A DNA stretch of 64,000 nucleotides from Pelagibacteraceae bacterium AG-461-B04 (GCA_003211835.1 QCRN01000006.1:2545-66544); one strand, 5' to 3'. Counted from the stretch's first letter, positions 8,566-18,775 are shown. The notes: generated from the sequence alone by a model not told the origin. A program made the numbers and translations.

Positions 8566-9834
8566 ATGTTAAAAAAAGTACTACTTTATACAGTATTGTT
8601 TTCATCACTATTATCTGCCAATGCATTTGCAGCTGTCGATGACGAAACAGCTTATGCATTGAACACATTATTATTTCTAATAAGTGGATTTTTGGTGATG
8701 TGGATGGCCGCTGGATTCTGTATGTTAGAATCTGGTCTGGTTACATCTAAAAGTGTTTCAACAATTGCTGCAAAAAACATAGGTTTGTATTCTATAGCTG
8801 GGATCATGTTCTGGTTGGTAGGCTATAACCTTGCATACGGTATTCCAGAAGGTGGATATATTGGAACGTTTACTACATGGAGCGATGGTTCAGCAGTAGC
8901 AACTGGTTATTCTGATGGATCTGACTGGTTTTTCCAGATGGTATTCTGTGCAACAACAGCTTCAATTGTTTCAGGAACTTTGGCTGAGAGAATAAAAATT
9001 TGGCCTTTCTTTTTGTTCGTAGCAATATTAACAGGAGTTATTTACCCAATCGAGATGGGTTGGCAATGGGGTGGTGGATGGTTATCTGCTGCTGGATTCT
9101 CAGACTTTGCTGGATCAACTCTTGTGCATGCTGCAGGTGGTGCAGCGGCATTAGCTGGTGCAATTGTACTAGGTCCACGACTTGGAAGATTTGATAATGG
9201 AAAGTTAGTTCCATTTGCAAATTCCTCAATACCTCTAGCAACACTTGGTGTATTCATCTTGTGGTTGGGCTGGTTCGGTTTTAATGGTGGATCGCAGCTA
9301 GCTCTAGGTTCATTTGATGATGCAACAGCTGTGGCAACAATTTATATCAATACAAACTTAGCAGCTTGTGCTGGTGTATTGGTCTGTGCAGCCATAACAA
9401 GATTAGCAAGAGGTAAAACTGACGTTGTAATGATGTTAAACGGTGCACTCGGTGGTCTAGTAGCAATTACTGCAGAACCATTAATGCCTTCTCCATTGAT
9501 GGCAATCATCATAGGTGGAATTGGTGGTGCGCTAGTATTCGCAGGTACTGAACTCTTGGTGTCATTAAAAATTGATGACGTTGTAGGAGCTATACCGGTT
9601 CACTTGATAGCAGGTATCTGGGGTACTCTTGCTGTACCAATTACAAATCCTGATACTAGCTTTGGAACTCAACTCCTTGGCACAGCATCTATTTGTGTGT
9701 TTGTTTTTGTGGTGTCCTTTATTATATGGGCAATCATGAAAGCCACAATAGGTATAAGGATAAGTGAAGAAGCAGAAAAAGAAGGAACAGACGTAGCTGA
9801 GACAGGTGTCATAGCCTACTCAATTAGAGACTAA
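8566..9834 (+). CDS. amt: ammonium transporter (Amt family)
   Basis: Gly/Ala-rich 11-TM protein with typical Amt blocks (AAGFCMLESG, FAGSTLVHAAGG, WFGFNGGS, VGAIPVHLIAGIWG). I place the start at ATG 8566 (MLKKVLLY..., cleavable signal ending ANAFA), preceded by AGGGAGAA. The track ORF starts at an upstream TTG, 8488. Confidence 0.93.
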   Translation: MLKKVLLYTVLFSSLLSANAFAAVDDETAYALNTLLFLISGFLVMWMAAGFCMLESGLVTSKSVSTIAAKNIGLYSIAGIMFWLVGYNLAYGIPEGGYIGTFTTWSDGSAVATGYSDGSDWFFQMVFCATTASIVSGTLAERIKIWPFFLFVAILTGVIYPIEMGWQWGGGWLSAAGFSDFAGSTLVHAAGGAAALAGAIVLGPRLGRFDNGKLVPFANSSIPLATLGVFILWLGWFGFNGGSQLALGSFDDATAVATIYINTNLAACAGVLVCAAITRLARGKTDVVMMLNGALGGLVAITAEPLMPSPLMAIIIGGIGGALVFAGTELLVSLKIDDVVGAIPVHLIAGIWGTLAVPITNPDTSFGTQLLGTASICVFVFVVSFIIWAIMKATIGIRISEEAEKEGTDVAETGVIAYSIRD

Positions 9835-9853
9835 GTCTAGTTCGCAATTAAAA

Positions 9854-9908
9854 AACGGGTCCGAAGGTTTCCCCTAGTTATTCCTTCCATCGGACCCGTT
9901 TTAATTTT
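9854..9908 (+). terminator. intrinsic terminator after amt
   Basis: AACGGGTCCGA (9854-9864) pairs perfectly with TCGGACCCGTT (9890-9900). There are 3 further inner pairs (AGG/CCT), then TTTAATTTTAATTTT. An 11-bp GC-rich stem is conspicuous in this AT-rich DNA. Confidence 0.75.
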
Positions 9909-9956
9909 AATTTTAAATTTGAATTAAGTTTTTTTTGGGAATACATTGCACCAGTT

Positions 9957-10901
9957 ATGACCGAACAAAACAATCCTTTTCACAAAAAAAAATCTGGAGT
10001 TTTTTTCTTCAAATCATCTAACCCCTATGAATTTTATGATTTGCTGAATGGTGTTGATATGGAACCCAAACAAGACGTATGGGGAACTTTGATTTTTCCT
10101 GAAAATGCTAAATTTCCTTGTCCAGTAATTGTTCCAATTCATGGTAGCGCAGGTCTGAGAGAAGGTCATTACACACACATGGTTAACCTATTAGAAGCAG
10201 GATTTGCTGTTTTCAGAATTCATCATTTTGAATCTAGGGGAGTAATTTCTATCGTAGAAAATCAAACACAAGTTACTCTGGCTACCATGATAACAGATGC
10301 ATTTCGTGCACTTGCACTTTTAAATAAACATCCAGATATTGATAAAGATAAAATTGGCCTCATGGGATGGAGTTTAGGTGGCAGCACTGCTCTTTATTCA
10401 GCATGGCAGCCAATAATAGATACATTAACCTCAGGGGATGAAAAATTTTCTGCATATTTACCATTGTATCCTGCAGCATTACTTAAACCTGAAGATAATC
10501 GTTGGTCTAATGCTCCAATGCATATTCTATTTGGTGAAGACGATGATTACACGCCCCTAAGTTTATGTAAAAAACTTATTGATTATATGAAACCAGCTCG
10601 TGATGTTGAGTTAACAGTTTATCCCAACGCTCATCATTCGTTTGACTCAATTGATCCCGTTGAATTCATTCCCTACGCCATCAAGTTAAAAGATATGTTT
10701 ATTGATTTGAAGAAAGATGGACGTCAGGTTTATACTGATGAAAACAATAATATTTTTTACTTGGATAATAAGGAAGAACGGTTTCGCTTGATCAAAGAAA
10801 CACCCAATCTCTTAGGTGCTCATGCTGGAGGAAACTGGACGGCACGTAAACAATCACATCAGGATGTGGTTGATTTTTTTAGTAAGCAATTTTTTTCATA
10901 A
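9957..10901 (+). CDS. alpha/beta hydrolase, dienelactone-hydrolase-like family
   Basis: 314 aa. Nucleophile elbow GWSLGG, FGEDDDYTP acid block and NAHHSFD His block, in the order expected for the DLH-type fold. Confidence 0.7.
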   Translation: MTEQNNPFHKKKSGVFFFKSSNPYEFYDLLNGVDMEPKQDVWGTLIFPENAKFPCPVIVPIHGSAGLREGHYTHMVNLLEAGFAVFRIHHFESRGVISIVENQTQVTLATMITDAFRALALLNKHPDIDKDKIGLMGWSLGGSTALYSAWQPIIDTLTSGDEKFSAYLPLYPAALLKPEDNRWSNAPMHILFGEDDDYTPLSLCKKLIDYMKPARDVELTVYPNAHHSFDSIDPVEFIPYAIKLKDMFIDLKKDGRQVYTDENNNIFYLDNKEERFRLIKETPNLLGAHAGGNWTARKQSHQDVVDFFSKQFFS

Positions 10902-10917
10902 ATCTTTTTAAGTAGTG

Positions 10918-10946
10918 TTGACTCTTATATTGAGTAATGCAATAAT
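10918..10946 (+). promoter_or_regulatory. candidate sigma70 promoter of umuDC
   Basis: TTGACT (10918-10923), 17-nt spacer, AATAAT (10941-10946). Confidence 0.5.
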
Positions 10947-10948
10947 AA

Positions 10949-10963
10949 GAACAAAACAAGAAC
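10949..10963 (+). promoter_or_regulatory. LexA (SOS) box, alphaproteobacterial direct-repeat type
   Basis: GAAC-AAAACAA-GAAC, which is GAAC-N7-GAAC (complement GTTC-N7-GTTC). It lies immediately downstream of the candidate -10 and 18 nt upstream of the umuD ATG. Confidence 0.75.
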
Positions 10964-10980
10964 ATAATTAGACGTATTTC

Positions 10981-11370
10981 ATGCTTTTAACATTTTACAA
11001 AGAGGCCGTAGAGTGCGGTTTTCCTTCTCCAGCAAGGGATTTTACTGAAGGGACAATTGATTTGAATGAAGAACTTATTCCTCATCCAAATGCAACTTTT
11101 ATTGTTCGTGCACGAGGAGATTCAATGGTGGGTTCGGGGATTTATCCTGGAGATTTACTAATTGTTGACCGAAGCATTAAACCTCGAAATGAGTCAATTA
11201 TTATTGCCGTCCTGGACGGAGAGTTAAGCGTGAAGATTCTCAGATTTAAGAATAAGCAAGTCAATTTATCATCTTCTAATAAGAACTATAAAGATGTCTT
11301 AGTCTCTGAAGAAATGGATTTTACCATATGGGGAGTATGTACGAACGTTATTCACAATTTAAGTCCATAA
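10981..11370 (+). CDS. umuD: translesion polymerase V accessory subunit UmuD (S24 LexA-like autopeptidase)
   Basis: 129 aa, closely collinear with E. coli UmuD: ECGFPSPA cleavage region (Cys12-Gly13), GDSM catalytic Ser48, Lys85. Confidence 0.9.
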   Translation: MLLTFYKEAVECGFPSPARDFTEGTIDLNEELIPHPNATFIVRARGDSMVGSGIYPGDLLIVDRSIKPRNESIIIAVLDGELSVKILRFKNKQVNLSSSNKNYKDVLVSEEMDFTIWGVCTNVIHNLSP

Positions 11371-11382
11371 AATAGATAAAGT

Positions 11383-12645
11383 ATGAATAATAAAGTTTTC
11401 GCATTAATTGACTGCAACGCATTTTATGTTTCTTGTGAGAGAGTTTTTAATCCCAAGCTTAACAATAGGCCAGTTGTAGCATTATCTAATAATGATGGCT
11501 GCATTATATCTCGTTCAAAAGAAGCAAAAGCACTTGGTATCAAAATGGGTGTACCACTCTTCAAAGTCAAAGATATTGTAGAAAAGGAAAATGTATTTGT
11601 TTTTTCCTCTAATTATACATTGTACGCCGATATGTCGCGCCGTGTGATGAATATCATTTCATATTCATCTCCTCACACAGAGATTTATTCAATTGATGAA
11701 GCGTTTGTAGAGTTAAGCAGTCTATCGATTGACTATGAAGAATACGCACATCAATTGAGAAAGACCATTTTACAGCATACAGGTATCCCAGTTAGCATAG
11801 GCATAGCATCAACAAAAACCCTATCAAAAGTTGCAAATCATAAGGCAAAAAAAGATGAGTCTTTAAATGGTGTTTGCTCTCTAGTAGGCTATGAAAATAT
11901 TGATCAAGTTTTAGAGTCAACTGAAGTGGGTGATATCTGGGGAGTAGGTCGACGTTTATCGAAGAAACTTATTAATCATGGCATATACAATGCAAAGTTA
12001 TTAAAGAACTGTAGTGACTCGTGGATACGTAAAGTAATGAGTGTTAATGGCCTAAAAACAATTACAGAACTGAGAGGAATTTCTTGTATGTCTCTTGAAG
12101 AAAATTCAATTACAAGAAAGAGCTGTTGCACTACCAGATCATTTGGAAAGTTGCTAACCAATTTAGAAGATGTTGAACAAGCTGTCACCACCTTCGCACG
12201 GAGGGCGGCAGAAAGAATTCGTTCTGAAAGCCTTGCTACATCTTGTATTTCTGTTTTTTTAAGGACCAACCCTTTTGACAAGAAAAGTCCTTATTACTCA
12301 AATGGTGCATCTAGAACATTGTCTTACCCAACACATGACAGCATCACTATTATTGAGACTGCTTTGACTCTCACGAAGAAAATTTTCAAAAATAAATACC
12401 AGTACAAAAAAGCGGGCGTGCTACTTAGTGGCTTGTGTGATGAGGCTGCAATTCAGGAAACTTTATTTCAAAAAAACTACAATCAAAATTCAAATCTTAT
12501 GTCAGCAATAGATTCAATTAACTATCGATATGGACGTGACACCATTCAAATGGCATCAGAGTGTAGACTCGGAAGTTGGAAACAAAAAAGAAAAAATTGC
12601 ACACAAAATTATACAACTCAAATTGATAGACTTCTTTTAGTCTAG
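11383..12645 (+). CDS. umuC: Y-family DNA polymerase V catalytic subunit UmuC
   Basis: 420 aa. FALIDCNAFYVSCERVFNP start, SIDEAF catalytic block and a typical UmuC/DinB little-finger-length C-terminus. Lies 12 nt after umuD. Confidence 0.9.
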   Translation: MNNKVFALIDCNAFYVSCERVFNPKLNNRPVVALSNNDGCIISRSKEAKALGIKMGVPLFKVKDIVEKENVFVFSSNYTLYADMSRRVMNIISYSSPHTEIYSIDEAFVELSSLSIDYEEYAHQLRKTILQHTGIPVSIGIASTKTLSKVANHKAKKDESLNGVCSLVGYENIDQVLESTEVGDIWGVGRRLSKKLINHGIYNAKLLKNCSDSWIRKVMSVNGLKTITELRGISCMSLEENSITRKSCCTTRSFGKLLTNLEDVEQAVTTFARRAAERIRSESLATSCISVFLRTNPFDKKSPYYSNGASRTLSYPTHDSITIIETALTLTKKIFKNKYQYKKAGVLLSGLCDEAAIQETLFQKNYNQNSNLMSAIDSINYRYGRDTIQMASECRLGSWKQKRKNCTQNYTTQIDRLLLV

Positions 12646-13578
12646 TTTTTTGGAGAGAAAATCTGAAAATAAATCTATCAGTTTATTTACAATTACACCA
12701 CCACCACCATGACCACCTGTAAAAACAAAAGTATCAGCATCAGGAATTAACTTTAATACTTCATTAACAGTTTTAGGATCAATTTCGTCATCATCACTTG
12801 CATATGCTATATGAATAGGAATATTTGACTCTGAAAATATTTTATAGTCTGGGAGAAAATCTTTATTGGCTATATTACGAATGGAAGAGAGTAGAGAATA
12901 TTCCGTTCCTGGCAAAGACAACTGTGTAATATATCGATTAATAAATTCTTCTTGTCCCTCGTTTTCATGAGCCCATTGTTTAGCTCTATTTTTTGCGAAT
13001 GGGATGCCAAAAGTTCTAAGAAATAAATTTCCTACAATAGGAACTTTTATTAAATCAAGGACCTTACTGTTACTGTGAATAAGAGGAACTTGAAGACCTA
13101 TCGCTAAAATTCTTTCTGAGTAATCATTAGAAAAATTAATTGCAATAGGAGCACCCATCGATGACCCATATAAAATTGCATGTTTTATATCGAGAAAATC
13201 AAGAAGCTCCTTAAGTTGATCAGTATAGAGCTGCATATTATATTTTATTATAGGCCTGTCTGAATACCCTCTTCCATATTGATCATAGCAGATTACCCTA
13301 TATCCCTTAGCGCTTAGCCCACTGCAAAAACCAATGAAGCCCTCAGAGGGTAAAGTTGCTCCATGAATAACTATTATTGCTGGATCGTTTTTATTACCGA
13401 TATCTTTATATGCAGTCAGTCCTTGAGACAATTTTGCAAACTCGTATTCTGAACCTTGACGAAACTCATCTAAGCTACCTTTCTCGAAGCTAGAGAATAG
13501 GTAAATTATTAGAATCAAGATAACAATCATGAGAATAATTAAAACAGTGTTAGAGAATATACCCGAGAAAGTAGTCAT
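12637..13578 (-). CDS. membrane-anchored alpha/beta hydrolase
   Basis: N-terminal TM helix, HGAT oxyanion block, nucleophile elbow GSSMG and a C-terminal GGHGGG. The track ORF extends to 13617. I prefer the internal ATG at 13578 (MTTFSG...), which removes the overlap with the upstream permease. Confidence 0.7.
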   Translation of the reverse strand: MTTFSGIFSNTVLIILMIVILILIIYLFSSFEKGSLDEFRQGSEYEFAKLSQGLTAYKDIGNKNDPAIIVIHGATLPSEGFIGFCSGLSAKGYRVICYDQYGRGYSDRPIIKYNMQLYTDQLKELLDFLDIKHAILYGSSMGAPIAINFSNDYSERILAIGLQVPLIHSNSKVLDLIKVPIVGNLFLRTFGIPFAKNRAKQWAHENEGQEEFINRYITQLSLPGTEYSLLSSIRNIANKDFLPDYKIFSESNIPIHIAYASDDDEIDPKTVNEVLKLIPDADTFVFTGGHGGGGVIVNKLIDLFSDFLSKKLD

Positions 13579-13582
13579 TTTT

Positions 13583-14482
13583 TTACTTGTTAGAAATCTG
13601 ATTGAGATACAAAGCAAATAATATCATAGAGAGGGAAACTAGTACATTCACTCTTATGATTTCTCCTAGAAATATAACTCCAGAAAAATAAGCTATTAAA
13701 GGTACTAAAAAATTAATTAGCGATAAAAAGACAGGTCCTCTTGTTTCAATGACTTTAAAAAAAAGTAAACTGGCTATCGCTGTAGCAAATATACCTTGTA
13801 TTAATAATGATACGACTGTTGGCGAACTATAACTTTCTAGCCAGAAAGGCTGATAGAAAATTGAAAAGGGCAACATTAATACTGTTGCTGCTATTGTCAC
13901 CCCAGTTGCAAGTGAAATAAAATTTATTTTTGGAACGAGTTTAGATATAACGGCATTTAATGCATATGAACATGCACCAACTAATGCTGCAATTTGACTG
14001 TAAAATTCAATTTTATTATCACCTCCAAGCTGATTCAAATTTTCAAAACCAAAGAGTATAAGTAGGCCCAGAAAAGCTGTAATAAAACTAACCAATTTAA
14101 GAAAATTAATTTTTTCATCTCTCAAAATAATTGCCGATAGCGCCAAGGTTATTAGTGGCATAGGGGACATGAGAACACCTGCTAAACCTGCATCAATATT
14201 AATTTCTGCCGTTGAAATTAAAAAAAATGGTATTGCATTACCTAATGCTCCAATAACAAAATAAAAAAAAAGATAATTAATTCTTAATTGAAGTCTATTT
14301 CCTGTAAATCTCATATAGAAATAAAGTATTATTGATGCCAAAATTAATCTTAGGAAAACATTATTAACGGGGCTTATTTCTAAGACTGCGATTTTAATAA
14401 ACAGGAAGTTTACTCCCCAGATAAATGCTAATAAAAAAATGAATATATAGCTGATGACAATAGGTTGATTTATTTGTTTCAT
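13583..14482 (-). CDS. EamA/DMT-family permease
   Basis: 299-aa 10-TM-type hydrophobic ORF with an EamA-like two-repeat layout. Confidence 0.8.
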   Translation of the reverse strand: MKQINQPIVISYIFIFLLAFIWGVNFLFIKIAVLEISPVNNVFLRLILASIILYFYMRFTGNRLQLRINYLFFYFVIGALGNAIPFFLISTAEINIDAGLAGVLMSPMPLITLALSAIILRDEKINFLKLVSFITAFLGLLILFGFENLNQLGGDNKIEFYSQIAALVGACSYALNAVISKLVPKINFISLATGVTIAATVLMLPFSIFYQPFWLESYSSPTVVSLLIQGIFATAIASLLFFKVIETRGPVFLSLINFLVPLIAYFSGVIFLGEIIRVNVLVSLSMILFALYLNQISNK

Positions 14483-14535
14483 TTGATGTTCGAGAAAGGT
14501 ATTATTTAAAACTTTTAAAGTAAATGAGTAAATAA

Positions 14536-15138
14536 ATGAGAGTATTCATACTAATACTAATTTGTTTTTTTATATTATTCAGTTGTGCAAGTAAGCCACC
14601 AGCAAAACAAGAGAATATTTGCTCTATTTTTGAACAAAAATCCTCATGGTATCGATTAGCAAATAAATCATATGAAAAATGGGGTGCACCTATTTATGTT
14701 CAAATGTCAATTTTAAGACAAGAATCTGCATTTCAAAATAGAGTTAAGCCGGAGAGAACCAAGATTTTAGGTGTTATACCTTGGAAAAGAAAATCTAGTG
14801 CATTTGGTTATACTCAAGCAATTGATGCAACCTGGGATTGGTATAGAACTGAAAATAAGAAACCTTTAGCATCACGAGTTAATTTTGCAGATGCTATAGA
14901 CTTTACGGGTTGGTATATAAATAAGTCTAATAAAATTAATGAGATAAGCAAAAGTGATGCTTATAACCAATATTTGGCATATCATGAAGGACACGGTGGG
15001 TACAAAAAAAAATCCTATAAAAATCAGAACTGGTTGATTGATGTTGCCAATAAAGTCAAACTTCGATCTGACAAGTATAGAAGCCAGCTCAATGAGTGCG
15101 AACACAAATTTAAGAAAAAGTTTCTTGGAATTTTTTAA
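14536..15138 (+). CDS. lipoprotein with lytic-transglycosylase (SLT)-like motifs
   Basis: Lipobox LFSC. ILRQESAF (catalytic Glu-Ser) followed by SAFGYTQ, resembling the ES...GLMQ signature of SLT domains. Confidence 0.55.
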   Translation: MRVFILILICFFILFSCASKPPAKQENICSIFEQKSSWYRLANKSYEKWGAPIYVQMSILRQESAFQNRVKPERTKILGVIPWKRKSSAFGYTQAIDATWDWYRTENKKPLASRVNFADAIDFTGWYINKSNKINEISKSDAYNQYLAYHEGHGGYKKKSYKNQNWLIDVANKVKLRSDKYRSQLNECEHKFKKKFLGIF

Positions 15139-16136
15139 TGAGTAAAAATAAAAATTTAATTGCGGTCACCATGGGGGACCCGTCAGGTATTAGTACAGAA
15201 ATAACTATCAAAGCTTGGATAAAAAAAAATAAAAACCTAAGATTTTTTTTAATTCATGACCCAGAGTATGTAAATAAAATTATAAGAAAAATGAAAGCAG
15301 GTTTAAAAGTTCAAATAATTGATAATCCTGCAGAGGCTTTAAGTGTAAATAAAAAATATTTACCGATTATTCCCATAAAGATTGATGCAAAGACCCAGCT
15401 AGGTAAAAGAAATTACAGTAATGCTGGTGCAATATTACAGTCAATTGATATGGCCATAGATTTTGCAAAACAAAAAGTAATCTCTGGAATTGTTACAAAC
15501 CCAATCAATAAAGAAGTTATTGCCAAAAAACTTAGGAAATTTAAAGGGCATACAGAATACCTTGCAAAAAAAGATAAAAAATCAAATGAAATGATGTTTT
15601 TGCTAAATAAGAAAATGAAAGTTACTCCAATTACAACACATGTTGCGTTAAAAGATGTAGCGAAAAAAATAAATAAAAAAAATATTACTAAATCGATCCT
15701 TAATGTTAACCAAACATTAAAAAAAGATTTTGGAGTTCGTAAACCCAAAATTGCCGTTAGCGGTCTTAACCCTCATTCGGGTGATGGGGGAATTTTAGGA
15801 AAAGAAGAGATCATAAAAATAATTCCTGCAATAAATGCATGTAAGAAAAAAGGTATAAATGTTTCTGGGCCTTATCCCGCGGACTCATTGTTTAGAGATT
15901 CAAATATTAGGAAATTTGACTCATTCATCTGCATGTATCATGATCAGGCTTTAATACCGATAAAGGTTATTGATTTTCATAACACCATTAATTATACAGC
16001 TGGACTGTCCTTTGTAAGAACCAGTCCTGACCATGGAACTGGATTGGATATAGCAAAAAAGTTTGTCGCTTCATGTGATAGTTTATTAGCAGCCATTGAG
16101 ATGGCAACAGCAATAGCCAAACATAGAGGGTTATGA
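15138..16136 (+). CDS. pdxA: 4-hydroxythreonine-4-phosphate dehydrogenase
   Basis: 332 aa. GDPSGI start, GHTEYLA, GLNPHSGDGG and RTSPDHGT blocks. Confidence 0.9.
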   Translation: MSKNKNLIAVTMGDPSGISTEITIKAWIKKNKNLRFFLIHDPEYVNKIIRKMKAGLKVQIIDNPAEALSVNKKYLPIIPIKIDAKTQLGKRNYSNAGAILQSIDMAIDFAKQKVISGIVTNPINKEVIAKKLRKFKGHTEYLAKKDKKSNEMMFLLNKKMKVTPITTHVALKDVAKKINKKNITKSILNVNQTLKKDFGVRKPKIAVSGLNPHSGDGGILGKEEIIKIIPAINACKKKGINVSGPYPADSLFRDSNIRKFDSFICMYHDQALIPIKVIDFHNTINYTAGLSFVRTSPDHGTGLDIAKKFVASCDSLLAAIEMATAIAKHRGL

Positions 16137-16759
16137 CTCTCTCGCTTTACCCAGCCTTTTTTATATTTGCATTAATAATGGTTACCACACCCGGACCTGC
16201 CAATCTATTATTGATGAGTTCTGGTGCTCAACATGGACTACTCAAATCATTGCCATTTGTTGCCGGTGTTACTGTTGGAAAACTTTTTTTAACCATTGGG
16301 CTTGGAATTGGATTTTTGTCTTTATTAAATTCTAACCCGATTATAATTAATTTAATTAAAATTGCTGGAACAGGTTATATTTGCTGGTTGTCTTACAAAA
16401 TAATGTTTCTAAATTTAAAGCCAACTTCTAACACAGACTCTGAAAATAAAGTACCCAATTTTTTTAATGGTATTTTAGTACACCCTCTTAATCCTAAAGG
16501 TTGGGCCATGGTGATTGCTGCCTACACTCAATTCACTTCTTTTGGAAGTACAAGCTCAACTTCAAACTGGACACTCGAAGTTTTAATTATAGCCTCAACA
16601 TTTTTTTTAATACAATCAGTTTCCCACTCAGTATGGTGCTGGACAGGAAGTCTTATTTTTAATTTTCTAAGTCAAAAAAATTTTTTGCGTCAATCTATAG
16701 TTTTTATTTTAGCTATACTCACAGTCGGTACTGTTATTTATAGTAATTTTTTTATTTAA
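16133..16759 (+). CDS. LysE/RhtB-family amino-acid exporter
   Basis: 208 aa, 6 TM, N-terminal TPGPANLL motif typical of LysE/RhtB. ATGA overlap with pdxA. Confidence 0.75.
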   Translation: MTLSLYPAFFIFALIMVTTPGPANLLLMSSGAQHGLLKSLPFVAGVTVGKLFLTIGLGIGFLSLLNSNPIIINLIKIAGTGYICWLSYKIMFLNLKPTSNTDSENKVPNFFNGILVHPLNPKGWAMVIAAYTQFTSFGSTSSTSNWTLEVLIIASTFFLIQSVSHSVWCWTGSLIFNFLSQKNFLRQSIVFILAILTVGTVIYSNFFI

Positions 16760-17516
16760 TTTTCTTTAAACTATTTTTTTCAACGGATTCGCTAAAGCTT
16801 GCAAATAACTTTTTAGAAAAATCGTCAGTGGTCGCAGAATATTCAGGATGCCACTGTACACCAAAAAAATATCCACTATAGCCAGACAAACTTATTGCCT
16901 CCACTGTGTCGTCCTTGGCAACTCCTTCGGCAACTAATTCATTTGCTAATTCATCAATTCCTTGCGTATGTAGTGAATTCACCTCGATCGTCGGAGTGCC
17001 AGCTAATTTTTCGAATTTTCCATTTTCTTTTAAATAGACTTCATGTTGTTTAGAAAATTGTATGTCGGGATCACCAGACTCTGGGCATCGATGATCCATT
17101 CTGCCTGGCACCTCATGAATATCTGCATACAGCGATCCTCCCAAAGCAACATTAACTTCTTGAAAACCCCTACATATTGCAAGCATAGGGATCTCATTTT
17201 GAAATATAAAATCAATCATTGGCAGCACTGTCTTATCTCTGTCAATATCTAATGGTTCAACAATTTTATCTTTATTATAAAATTCTGGATAAACATTTGA
17301 AAGGCTTCCAGTTAATAAAACTCCATCAAATTTACGAAGTGTGTCTCTATAATCTACACTTGATCCAAATGCAGGAAGTATCACTGGTATACAGCTAGTA
17401 GCTTCAGAAACAGCCTTAATATAATTGGTTCCAGATGCGTGATAAGTTCGGTGCAACTCCTCTTTCTTAATTACATCTGCAAAAACAGCAATAAGTGGCT
17501 TATTTTGTGTATCCAT
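16752..17516 (-). CDS. gamma-glutamyl-gamma-aminobutyrate hydrolase-like class-I glutamine amidotransferase (peptidase C26, PuuD-like)
   Basis: 254 aa. Nucleophile block LAICRGFQ and GVQWHPE histidine block. Confidence 0.8.
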   Translation of the reverse strand: MDTQNKPLIAVFADVIKKEELHRTYHASGTNYIKAVSEATSCIPVILPAFGSSVDYRDTLRKFDGVLLTGSLSNVYPEFYNKDKIVEPLDIDRDKTVLPMIDFIFQNEIPMLAICRGFQEVNVALGGSLYADIHEVPGRMDHRCPESGDPDIQFSKQHEVYLKENGKFEKLAGTPTIEVNSLHTQGIDELANELVAEGVAKDDTVEAISLSGYSGYFFGVQWHPEYSATTDDFSKKLFASFSESVEKNSLKKIK

Positions 17517-17565
17517 AAAAGAAATTAGTTTACTAGTATTACCATAATATCATATAACAATTTTA

Positions 17566-18771
17566 ATGGTTATTAATATTCAAAATAAAGAAACTGAATT
17601 AAAATCTCTTTCTGCTTGGGATGATGTTCTTAATTTAGATGATCAGCTTTCTGCTGAAGAAAAAATATTACAATCAACAGTGCGAGCATACTGTAAAGAA
17701 AAATTGCTCCCAAGAATAATTGATGACAATAGAAATGAGAATTTTAGTAGGGAAATCTTTACTGAAATGGGAGAACTGGGTCTTCTCGGATCGTACTTAG
17801 ATGGTTATGGATGTGCGGGGAGCAATTATGTCTCTTACGGACTAATTACTCGTGAGATAGAAAAAATCGACAGCGCATATCGATCTATCATGTCAGTGCA
17901 AACAAGCTTGGTAATGTTCCCTATACATAAATTTGGAAGCGATGAACAAAAAGAACATTATCTACCGAAACTGGCAAAAGGAGAATTGATAGGTAGTTTT
18001 GGACTCACTGAACCTGATGCTGGTAGTGATCCAGGTGCAATGAAAACTAAAGCAGTAAAAGTAAAAGGTGGATATGAATTGAATGGAACAAAAACATGGA
18101 TCAGTAATGCGCCTTATGCTGATGTAATAATTATTTGGGCTAAGGATGAAGAAAATGTAATTAGAGGTTTCATTGTTGATAGGGACTCAAAAGGTCTCTC
18201 CACTCCGAAGATAGAAGGAAAATTATCGCTAAGGGCATCGGCAACAGGACAAGTGATTATGGAAAATGTATTTTGCCCTGAAGATAAAATTTTACCTAAA
18301 ACAATTGGTTTAAGTGGACCTTTTCAATGTTTAAATAGTGCTCGTTATGGAATTTCATGGGGTGCAATTGGAGCAGCTGAATTTTGTCTGGCAACTGCAA
18401 GACAATATGCTCTAGATAGAAAAATGTTTGGTAAGCCGATTGCGGGGACACAGTTAGTTCAATCTAAATTAGTAGATATGCAAACGGAAATTGCTTTAGG
18501 GTTGGAGGCCGCATTAAGAGTCGGGCGCCTTATGGATAAAGGTCAATCTGACAGCAATATGGTAAGCTTAATCAAAAGAAATAATGTTTCTAAAAGTTTG
18601 GAAATATGTCGTAACGCTAGAGATATTTTAGGTGGAAACGGTATTTCAGATGAGTATCATGTTATGAGACATATGGTTAACTTAGAAACTGTAAAAACTT
18701 ATGAAGGAACACATGATGTTCACACATTGATAATGGGAAGAAATTTAACAGGTATTCAGGCATTTAAATAA
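17566..18771 (+). CDS. gcdH: glutaryl-CoA dehydrogenase
   Basis: 401 aa. [30 protein letters not shown]...[19 protein letters not shown] matches the GCDH-specific version of acyl-CoA dehydrogenase blocks. C-terminal [14 protein letters not shown]. Confidence 0.85.
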   Translation: MVINIQNKETELKSLSAWDDVLNLDDQLSAEEKILQSTVRAYCKEKLLPRIIDDNRNENFSREIFTEMGELGLLGSYLDGYGCAGSNYVSYGLITREIEKIDSAYRSIMSVQTSLVMFPIHKFGSDEQKEHYLPKLAKGELIGSFGLTEPDAGSDPGAMKTKAVKVKGGYELNGTKTWISNAPYADVIIIWAKDEENVIRGFIVDRDSKGLSTPKIEGKLSLRASATGQVIMENVFCPEDKILPKTIGLSGPFQCLNSARYGISWGAIGAAEFCLATARQYALDRKMFGKPIAGTQLVQSKLVDMQTEIALGLEAALRVGRLMDKGQSDSNMVSLIKRNNVSKSLEICRNARDILGGNGISDEYHVMRHMVNLETVKTYEGTHDVHTLIMGRNLTGIQAFK

Positions 18772-18775
18772 AATT

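Noticed and set aside
9000-9257. ORFs 9000..9194 (+), 9038..9244 (-) and 9042..9257 (-) inside amt
   Set aside because: These are alternative-frame artefacts of the locally GC- and Gly/Ala-rich amt coding sequence. They have no starts with ribosome sites and no motifs.
9957-12645. The umuDC region as a mobile genomic island
   Set aside because: There is no integrase, transposase, tRNA target or flanking direct repeat that I could see. By eye its composition matches the neighbourhood. The SOS box is of the host (alphaproteobacterial) type.
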